Shown: positions 10,501-20,637 of the stretch, one piece after another | Position numbering within the stretch: the stretch's first letter is position 1 | How the letters are laid out: the number at the start of each line of letters is the position of its first letter | From: Ylistrum balloti | Taxonomy: Eukaryota | Length of the DNA stretch: 64,000 bases | Assembly (NCBI RefSeq): GCF_031769215.1 | Contig: NW_026782093.1 | Span: forward strand, 186,001-250,000 | Direction: 5' to 3' | Made by a program: the position numbers and the translations under genes | The notes under the pieces: model-generated | Told to the model about the DNA's origin: nothing | The model's input: the letters and a program-made list of their open reading frames with translations, nothing else | The model's database searches: none

Positions 10501-12805
10501 AAGAGGAAATCTGTTTTGTGTTCCCCCCAATAACATTTAAGAGGAAAGCTGTTTTGTGTTCCCCCCGATAACATTTAAGAGGAAATCTGTTTTGTGTTCC
10601 CCCCCTCCCCCCGATAACTTACACTTCCTGGTCAAGCTGACTCTGTTGATTTACAGCCTTCTTTTCCTTTCGAACACACTGCTGCTTTGTCTCCTGTTTT
10701 TTAGCTTTTTCTTTGAAATATCTGGTAATTTTTTTCGGCCTCTGTAGTACACTTAATTCACATTCAATTATGGTATTGAGTGGTTTCAGAGCCACCACAG
10801 ATTTTTCCATTTGCTCTTTATCTAGACTTTCTTGGCAAACCACATCAACATTCTGTGTTTTTGATGTACATTCCTTTTCAATGTGTACAGATGTTGAATC
10901 TGCTTCTGTTTGTTTCACTCTACTAATATTTCTGATTGGAACGAGCAATGCCTTTTTCTTCATGGCACCTGATTTCCCATCATCTGGTCCTTTAACAGTA
11001 AGTTCTGTTTTACCACTGACCTGATTTGGGAGTATAACAATGCGAGCGATTTCTCTTCTAAACAGGTTTGTAGTATCAACACCTGGTTCACAAGTACGTG
11101 TTAATGTTTCCTTGTCATTTTCTGCTAGTACTGGTGTCAGTTTGGGTTGTCCATCACTCACTGAACTTGTCAGTGATAACAATTTGTTACAAAAAGCAGC
11201 ATCGTTAACAGGTGTATCAGTGATTAAACCAGCATGTCTTCCTACGTCAGTATCCCCCTGAACAACAGAATCGTTTTTCTCCTGTGACATGTTGGCAGTG
11301 CAGTGTTTGGATGATGATGATTCAATATTTTCTGCACTTTTACCAAACATAACATAGTTGTTGTGGTCGTCTGTCGCCACTATATTTTTAGCTTCTGCTG
11401 TTTCAGAGGTACATTGGTGTCTCTCTTTATCAAGATCTTCCAACTTTGCGCCTTCACTGTCTTGTACTTTATCAATATGTACATGAAGCCCTAAGCGGTG
11501 CATTTCATTCTGAATGTGGAGTGGCTGTTCCGTTGACTGTACACGTGAAATTGGTTGTTCATTTGGTCCTTCAACTCCTTCAGACGTGTCCTTCGATTTT
11601 TTCTGTATGGCAGTATGCCTCTTACCATCTATGTAGTTCACTCTAAAAATGTTTGTTGGGTCTGAATTTAAAGGAAAGTTTTGACTCTCCCAGGAGTTAA
11701 CATCACTTCTTAAAACCTGTGTATCATCTTGGTATCTTCCAGTCAAGCTTGTTTTTGCATGTGTTTGAATTGCTTGGAATAAGCTTTCAGAGATTTGTGA
11801 AGGTGCAGCCAATCCCTTCGATGTCACGGTAAATTTGCGATTGTATGCACTATCAACAACTTGTGGTTGGTTAAACCCTATTTTAGCTATAACATTGTCA
11901 GAGTGTCTCTTTATATGCATATCAAAAGCTGTGTTCCCATCAATGTTCCAATCTGTATTCTGTTGCACAATTCCACCGGCAGAGCCTAGTTCTGTCATCA
12001 AAAGAGCTTTACCAGGTTGTCCATTTGGTTGTGATTCTGCATTGTCAACATATTCCTCTATAGTCTCTATAACAGCATCTATAGGAAGTGACTCCTCATG
12101 TATCGTGGGAGAATCTTCGGCGATGACAGAAAAATCCTCCTGTGCCTTTTGGAGAACAATGGACGTTGATGATATTCTGTCAACATTTATAACAGTAGTT
12201 GTGGTGCATTGTTCCGGATTAACAATACATTCTGTTATATCAGTTGCCATTGGTTTCCAAGGTACATCTATATTGTCAGCAGAGAGTCCTACTTGTTGAA
12301 TTCGGAGCTGATCTTGATTGACTTCAAAACCTTGCTGTCCTATCCTTACTTGTGATTGCAACTGTTCTGGTTTATCAATAACAGAGGATCCTACCCATGA
12401 CGTTTTCTCTGGAGAGGAAAGTGCTGGCTGCAAAACTGAAACTGTGGACCCATCTTCTGCCAATGTCCTGTTGACATTTTTCACAAGAAGATTTTTAAGG
12501 GATGGTGTGCTTACAATTGAAGAGGAAGCAGGTTGATGGGAAAGCACACCTGAACCAAACCTTTGCTGAATAATAGCAGATGAAATCTGGTTCGCATTTG
12601 AGGAAGAATCTGTGATTATTTCTAAAGCTGGATGTACTGTCAAGACTGGTGAAGAACCTTGGTTGGACAAAGACACTTGAATTATGGGTATTTGTATTTC
12701 TTTTGGCGAATGTGTTTCTGAAAAAACTGTAGATGACACTGGAACTTGCAAATCCTGGGAGGACGATCCCTGTAATTCATTGGTAAACTTTGCAGAATCC
12801 ATCAC
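7526..12805 (-). CDS. C2H2 zinc-finger protein, 8 fingers, long low-complexity N-terminus (1092 aa)
   Basis: Coding exons on minus: 12805-10623 (donor GTAAGT, phase 2), 10177-10086 (CTAG acceptor, GTAGGT donor, phase 1) and 8529-7526 (TTTTAG acceptor). Total 3279 nt with consistent phases. Fingers: CKQC, CNVC, CTLC, CPTC, CDVC, CPHC, CKAC, CAVC, with three TGEKP/TGERP linkers. An acceptor at 12937-12938 implies an upstream non-coding exon. Confidence 0.9.
9195..9990 (-). mobile_element. Degenerate Penelope-like retroelement 3' remnant
   Basis: Minus strand reads HDDSYFPVFNFPFLDSN, resembling the RT C-terminal motif DKRDDFNFxIVNFPFL. Two copies of the terminal motif at about 9280 and 9497. 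The flank at 9195-9290 is homologous to 22485-22580. Confidence 0.65.
10456..10610. repeat. 38-bp tandem repeat x4 adjacent to a zinc-finger gene splice donor
   Basis: AACATTTAAGAGGAAA(G/T)CTGTTTTGTGTTCCCCCC(A/G)AT starting at 10456, 10494, 10532 and 10570. Confidence 0.9.
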
Positions 12806-13673
12806 AGAAATGAAGGTTTTCTAAGTGATTGTTTCAGACCCATATAAGGAGATTACCAGTATGATTTGTATTCTCTTTTCTACAAGACAATGTCATCACT
12901 CTAGAAACATATCCCTGGTCATCTCAGATCCTCTATCTGAAAAGAAAAAATAACAACATGAATATGATTTTGACTATTTCCTAGAAGTATTTTATTGTTA
13001 CACAAACACATACAGAACATCACACAATAGATAGTTACTTTTTTTGCAGTTTTTTTTTTTTTTGTGAAAAAAATGTTTTCCCTAGATAACAAGAGAACTA
13101 AAGTTCAGAACAATATAACCTGTGGAAAAGAAATATTTAGTAATTCTTTATCAAGAAGAAAACAATGATGGGACTGGTGTAAATAAGTCAAAATAACAAG
13201 AGGGAAAACGGTGCTACCAGGTATATGTTTATTGATAAATTAAAGCATATTTAGTTTTATAAAGGTTTAGAGAAAAAATGAAAGAAATCCCTGAAAAAAA
13301 GAAACAACCAAAAAGAACAATGGAGGGGGGAGGGAAATAACTTTTAGAAATATTGTTGAACCCAAAATGTTATTCACAAGAACGTAATTTCATCTTAGAG
13401 TGAGTTGCCAGCCTATGGAGTTTCAAAGGAATGGGTTGAAACTTGATGGAAGAGATATCCTGACAACATCACATTTGGACTATTGACCTTACTGGCTATC
13501 TGACTAAAAGGATCTATATATGACAGAGGCTAAAATAGGTATAAATTGGTCGACAGCTTACAAAGACAGCAATGTTGGTCGGGTCATAAAAACATTTTCA
13601 GCAAACTTAAAATCATATTTCCTATACTTGTTACCACACAAAAACCAGGACTGGATCTGATTGCTTATTGAAA

Positions 13674-15030
13674 CAAGAGGCCCATGGGCCTAAATGGTCA
13701 TCTGACAAAAAGCAAGCCAAACTCTAACAACAGTGAGTCTGCCTTTAAAACAGTGGGCTTTATTCACTTGAATAAACTTGGTAGCCCTTCCTCCCAGCAT
13801 CCTACAGGCCCAATATCAGCACTCTTGGACTTTTGCTTATTGAGAAGAAGTTGTTTGTATATTTTAACATATTTGACCCCTGTGACCTTGAAAGTGGGTC
13901 AAGGTCATTCATTTGAACAAACTTGGTAATCCTTCATCCTAGCATGCTACAGACCCAATATCAGCATTCTGAGCCTTTTGGTTGTTGAGAAGAAGTTGTT
14001 TAAAAAATTTCAACATATTTGACCTCTGTGACCTTGAAAGTGGGTCGAGGTCATTCATTTGAACAAACTTGGTAGCCTTTCCTCCAAGCATCCTACAGGC
14101 GCAATATCAGCACTCATGGACTTTTGCTTATTGAGAAGAAGTCGTTTGTATATTTTAACATATTTGACCCCTGTCACCTTGAAAGTCGCACGGCTATAGG
14201 TCATCTCGACCCTTTGGGTCAGATCACCTAAAAAGAAGCTTTAAGATATAAACACATTTGACCCAAGAGACCTTGAATGTGGGTCAATTAAAGGTCAATC
14301 ATTTGAATAAATTTGGTACACCTTCATCCAACTATCTTAAGGAACCAATATTAACAACCTGGACCTTTTGGTAAATGAGTAGAAGTCTTTTAAATATTTG
14401 AAGACATTTGAACCATGTGACCTTGAAAGTGGGTCAAGGTAATTTATTTAGACAAATTTGGTAGCACTTCATCCAAACATTCCAGAGGCCCAATATCAGC
14501 ACCCTGAGCCCATTGGTTATTGAGAAGTTTTTTTTTTTAAATTTGGATATAGATACATTTATTTGACCCTCGTGATCTGAAAGTCAAGGTCAATCAAATG
14601 AACTAACTTGCTAGCCCTTCACCATTGAATGATACAGACCCAATATCAGCACCCTGGGCCATTTTTTTTTTAAAGTAGATGAAATATTTCAATATATTTG
14701 ACCCCTGTGACCTTGAGAAATGATAAAGGTCAATCATTTGTACTAACTGGGTAGCCCTTATCATCCCAGTATTATACAGACTCAATATCAGCAACTTGGG
14801 ACTATTGATTAATGAGTAACAGTCAATTACAGATTTTTAATCATTTTACCTCTTTCATTTTGAAAATGGATAAATAAAAGTTATAATCATATGAACAAAC
14901 TTAGTAGTCCTTCATTCAAGCATGCAACAGATCCAGTATCAGTGCCCTGGGACTTAATGTTATTGAGAGGAAGTTGTTTGAATGAAAAGTTTATGTATGA
15001 TGCACAACAACAGATGAAACACGATAGCTG
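13674..15030. mobile_element. Two adjacent Helentron-associated (HINE-like) non-autonomous elements with internal ~145-150 bp tandem units
   Basis: Starts AACAAGAGGCCCATGGGCC. TTTGACCCCTGTGACCTTGAAA-like anchors at 13872, 14018, 14163, 14257, 14407, 14562 and 14697. Hairpin-like ends ...GGGTCAGATCACCTAAAAA (about 14235) and ...GGTCAGATAACCCAAAAA (about 15028). Confidence 0.7.
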
Positions 15031-16599
15031 TATGTCATTCTAACCTTTCAGGTCAGATAACCCAAAAATGTCCATAAGGAAAACGCCATTTCATGTCACA
15101 GTTATAAAGCCTACCGAGATTTAAGAGAAATTGGTGAAAAACTGAAGAAGGAGATATCCATACAAAAATGAAATGCTAAATTGGTCTGATTCTCTTTTCC
15201 CCAAGTGTGCTTCTGACCTAATTTGGTCGAAATCTGAAAAGTTTTAATGACCTAAGCTTATAGCTATCCTTAGGAAAAAAAGTTAGAAACAGTCGAATGC
15301 CACACCATGTCAATATATTAAGCTTATTGGTCATTAATTTCAGAATAGGTATGCTAACAACACTATAGTCTGTTTTAAAGAAACAGATTCCTTTAATGAT
15401 TAAGAATTTGTTCTCTACTGCAGCAGTACGAACACACCTGTGTTTGAGAACTATAGGGTTGGTATTGCTGAAATAGCTTAGTTTGTTCACAATTTCTTAT
15501 TTATAGATATCAGTATATACAGTGACTCTTTTTATACTTTGGCTCACCATATACAATCAAACCATATATAAGCGGAAAAGTACAAAAGAGTGGAAGAGTC
15601 CAACATCCTATGGGTGGTACTGGTTGGTAGGAGTATCGGTAGAGGAATCCTAGGCAGATACAGGAGTTTTCTAGTCAATCTCCACAGACGATAGGTAATC
15701 ACAAGAAGATATAGGATGGAGCACCAACACCAGGAATTCCGTAACTTAAATTTTATTCTTTGACATGTTTTGTTGATATGGGTTCTGAAGACGGCCAAAA
15801 CATGTAAATCATATATAAGTATAATCTAAAATATGTGTGATTCTAGTTCTGCACAAATACACATACAAATTGTAGACGTCATTAGATATAATCTGACTCA
15901 CTGATCATGGCCAATACATTAACATTGGTATGTAATCCTAAATCAGCTATGACAGGTCCCTGTGTTACAGACTGAATGTATCTATGTAAAGGATAAGTCA
16001 TCGGAATCACAGGGACCTGTTACTGGTTATTTGGGCCTTAAGCTCCCTTATATGGCCACTCTTTTATTCTAGGCTATTGATCATGAGGGCTAGATAGGTA
16101 GGTCATCAGATATAATGACACCTCTCTATGATATGTAAAATGAGTACTAAATATTTACCATAGTGTGGGATTATTGTTATCGAACGTTGATCTAGACCCC
16201 AAGAAGTCTCAAAATGTTAAACACGACTGGATAAGTTGAGATACACAACATTTGCCATTGCATACATATGTGACATGTTCCCGGGTCCCTGTGATTGTAT
16301 CAACAATTGAAACATGTGTATTTTCTATTTATTAAAATAAATAAACACCGAGACAGGTATACACTTGATTCAAAAGGAGATATATTGATTAAAAATAAAA
16401 AAATGGACCCACTTCTTGTAATATTGGAATACTTCCTAATCGGGACACGTGCAGGTCTACATGTAGTTGGACTTGCTAGAGTCCAAAGTAACGAATGTGG
16501 ACATATATAGTTTGCAACATCAGAATCGGAAATATATTCAGTAGAAACCCACACTTTAAAACATTCTAAGACTGTTTTGAAAGGAAAACAATGCAACTT

Positions 16600-17020
16600 A
16601 CCATATAATTTTCAAGTTTTTTTCTTGTTTCTCTTTGTACGCATAGATCTTTTAAGGGGAGGCAATCAAGAATTTAACAAATCGTTGTCAATATAAAGCT
16701 TAGTCTTACAAGACTGCAAGAAACATTTTGAAGAACTTAAAAAATCAAAACAATGATGACGCATGAAAATAGAAATTTGGAAATTACCTCACCAAACGGA
16801 CATCTTAGAAGCAAGACAACGACGCTTATTCAGTAGAATCTCTGACAAAATTCACTACGATCTTTTAACAGGTATTAATGTAAGCTTTAGATCTCATCTA
16901 AACCTGTAACATGACAGGAACTTAAATCCTTGAAAAGATCTATATCAGAGCTGGCTTGAAATCGCTGTCATCAATAGTACATATTAGCAGAGACGTATAT
17001 ACGTCTCTGATATTAGGTAT
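16600..17020. promoter_or_regulatory. Candidate divergent promoter interval and first non-coding exons of the zinc-finger gene (-) and NUB1 (+)
   Basis: Both genes have acceptors upstream of their ATGs, so both need 5' exons between 12.9 and 20.6 kb. Minus-strand donors CTTAC (16597-16601) and CTCAC (16788-16792). Plus-strand donors CAG/GTATTA (16872) and GTAAGC (16880). CRE-like TGACGCA at about 16757. Locally more CpG. Confidence 0.35.
16981..17016. repeat. Perfect 22-bp palindrome flanked by 7-bp direct repeats
   Basis: ATATTAG-CAGAGACGTATATACGTCTCTG-ATATTAG. Confidence 0.95.
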
Positions 17021-17554
17021 AAATCGCTGTTTTCATCATACAAGATTATTGCACACGTGTGAGAAAAGGCATTTAGGCTGTAAAAGGCCTTGTACTTGAA
17101 CTCTGAAGCATGCTTTATTTCAGACCAGAAGTAGAAGATTAAGTTTTCTTCCATCTTATTAAGACACAGCTTTCTTAAAATGGAAAGTAGAATTGACAGA
17201 ATTCGAAAAGGACCCCATTTATTTCCAGGAATTTCATTCAAATTATACAGAAAAAACACTTAATCTGAAAAGGGCCACTATTTTAGATCACCATGTGAAA
17301 ACCCTGTTCACTATCAGTGACATTGAGTTGATTGGTGTGGCTTGTGTAATTATAATGTGGAACATGGCTTAGCTCTGTTAGATTACTCAGGGACGTATAT
17401 GACAGATGTGTCAGGAGTACTTAACTATGTTTGTTGAATATGGACACTGTTACCCCTGGCTTTGATTGATTAACAGGTTTTCTGTCTCCCCAACTCCTCC
17501 TGTGTCCTGGCACTGTCTCACCGATGATCACCAGTGTTTACATATATGTATATA

Positions 17555-18130
17555 TCTTAACGTTTCAATTCGCACCCAGTCCGCGACCTGGTTAGATTCG
17601 CACCTAGTTGTTTCGCCCCCAACACAATTCAAGCAACAAAGTTTGCTCCAAGACTGTTGGCACCCTCTATGTTTTAATGTGACAGATAAAACTTGTTCTG
17701 TTTATATTATAATGTGTTTATATTGTGTGTTTAGATATGTATCTTGAGCTCATGTGAATTCTTCCACTTTTCTGTGACCAGAAAATTAAGATCTAGACAT
17801 GCTATCTAAAATACATATACAGTTACCTTCCTTTAACCATAGCTTCCAATGGTATTTAGCTATAGGTACAGATAGATATAACAATCTCGCACAACTAAGA
17901 AATAATTACTGAGGTAGAAAAAATTTTAAACATGTAAATCTCAAATGTATACTTTTCATCTGTTTCTATTTTATAGAATAATTCGGGGCAAACATGTTTT
18001 TCTCCACAATTGATAATTATTGCATTATTCGTTTGGAGTGGAACGTCATTTCTGAATTTTCATTTTGGGGCAAATCGACTGTAGTAGGTGCAAAATGTCA
18101 TGGTGCAAAATAACTGTGAAGCGAAACATC
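17555..18130. mobile_element. Foldback/MITE-like element with short subterminal inverted motifs
   Basis: TTCGCACC/TTCGCCCC motifs at 17565-17620 are mirrored by GGGGCAAA/GGTGCAAAA/GCGAAAC motifs at about 17985-18127. Confidence 0.5.
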
Positions 18131-18759
18131 AGACATTCCTGTTGAATTTGGCCTCTGTTACTCAGCTATGTTGAATATGGCCTTAGTTAATTAGCTACCA
18201 GAGTATCTTCACTGGCTCAATAACAATACGTTCTGTTGGTGGAGCCATAGATAATCATGCTAGAGACCCTGGTTTGATTTCTGTCATTGGACTCATGTGG
18301 GAGCCATTGTGGAAAAATAGAAAAACATATTCCTGTTGAATGCCTTGACAGGAATTCAATAAGGGTCCCTGGCATGTTAATATACAACTTTTTTATATAC
18401 TGAGCCAAAAAAAAAGCAAATGCTCCTTCAGATGAATTTAACACATGCCTGACACTTTTTCACTTCTGAATGACAAAAATGCCAACTTATCTGTTTTTTT
18501 AAAATACATTTTATTTCTTACCTGTGCACCAGTGAGTCCATTTCAGTGGAGAATTAATTAAGTGAATCCTTGTATAGTGTCAGAGAAATATGTGTTGGGA
18601 GTTCCAGTGCATCTTCTCAAATCCAAAATGTTTGCAACCAATAAATTGCCAATATGGTTATCTTAACCAATGTATACCAATTATCATTTTAACTGTTGCG
18701 GAGAAAAAACTACTCCTTCTCAGTAACTGAACTTCAGAAGACGGAGGCCACTGATAGGG

Positions 18760-20285
18760 CTATTAGTGATAGCAAGCTTGCTGGGACAGTGACATTAAAA
18801 AACACAACATCCATACATGTATAAGTGACGACAGTGTGATAGCAAGCTTGCTGGGACAGTGACATCAAAAAACACAACATCCATACATGTATAAGTGATG
18901 ACAGTGTGATAGCAATCTTGCTGGGACAGTGACATTAAAAAAACACAGCATCCATACATGTATAAGTGATGTCAGTGTGATAACAAGCTTGCTGGGACAG
19001 TGATATTAAAATCACATCATCATACATGTATACATGACGACAGTGTGATAACAAGCTTGCTGGGACAGTGACATTAAAAAACACAACATCCATACATGTA
19101 TAAGTGATGACAGTGTGATAACAAGCTTGCTGGGACAGTGATATTAAAAAACACAACATTCATACATGTATAAGTGATGACAGTGTGATAGCAAGCTTGC
19201 TGGGGCAGTGACATTGAAAACCACATCATCATACATGTATACATGACGACAGTGTGATAGCAAGCTTGCTGGGACATTGTCATTAAAAACACAACATCCA
19301 TATATAAGTGATGACAGTGTGATAACAAGCTTGCTGGGACAGTGATATTGAAAACCACATCATCATACATGTATACATGACGACAGTGTGATAGCAAGCT
19401 TGCTGGGACAGTGTCATTAAAAACACAACATCCATATATAAGTGATGACAGTGTGATAACAAGCTTGCTGGGACAGTGATATTGAAAACCACATCATCAT
19501 ACATGTATACATGACGACAGTGCAATAACAAGCTTGCTAGGACAGTGTCATTAAAAACACAACATCCATATATAAGTGATGACAGTGTGATAACAAGCTT
19601 GCTGGGACAGTGATATTGAAAACCACATCATCATACATGTATACATGACGACAGTGCGATAACAAGCTTGCTAGGACAGTGTCATTAAAAACACAACATC
19701 CATATATAAGTGATGACAGTGTGATAACAAGCTTGCTGGGACAGTGATATTGATAACCACATCATCATACATGTATACATGACGACAGTGCGATAACAAG
19801 CTTGCTGGGACAGTGTCATTAAAAACACAACATCCATATATAAGTGATGACAGTGTGATAACAAGCTTGCTGGGACAGTGATATTGAAAACCACATCATC
19901 ATACATGTATACATGACGACAGTGCGATAACAAGCTTGCTAGGACAGTGTCATTAAAAACACAACATCCATATATAAGTGATGACAGTGTGATAACAAGC
20001 TTGCTGGGACAGTGATATTGATAACCACATCATCATACATGTATACATGACGACAGTGCGATAACAAGCTTGCTGGGACAGTGTCATTAAAAACACAACA
20101 TCCATATATAAGTGATGACAGTGTGATAACAAGCTTGCTGGGACAGTGATATTGAAAACCACATCATCATACATGTATATATGACGACAGTGCGATAACA
20201 AGCTTGCTGGGCCAGTGTCATTAAAACCACAACATCCATATATAAGTGATGACAGTGTGATAGCAAGCTTGCTGGGACAGTGACC
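18760..20285. repeat. 65-71 bp satellite with a 134-bp (69+65) dimeric higher-order repeat
   Basis: CAAGCTTGCT anchors at 18773, 18843, 18913, 18984, 19052, 19122, 19192, 19261, 19326, 19395, 19460, 19529 and onward; about 22 monomers. Confidence 0.95.
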
Positions 20286-20637
20286 ATAAAAAGAGTGATA
20301 TGCCTCATTAGTTTTCAAGTTTTTGAAAATCATTTATTTGTTGATACATACAATTTTTTTCTCCCTCATTAATCCATGTACAAGGAAACAATACAATCTT
20401 GTCTGTGGTTGATAAGTGTCAGTATTGATCTCAAATTCTATAAATACATAATATGAATATACATATGATTAAATATTACTGTTTAGTTAAACTGTTTTCT
20501 TTGGCTTTGTTAACATGCTGTGAGATTTTTTGATAAATTTTGAAGATTTATGTCATAACCATTAAATGCTTTAAAGTTAATTCATCATGCTGTTAATTTA
20601 TTTTCAGTTTTTTGTGGCCATTTTGCATCACTGTGTC

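Noticed and set aside
15544-15798. 84-aa minus-strand ORF
   Set aside because: No recognisable motif or splice context; probably decayed repeat sequence.
18935-20333. Cys/His/Met-rich short ORFs
   Set aside because: Translations of the 65-71 bp satellite.
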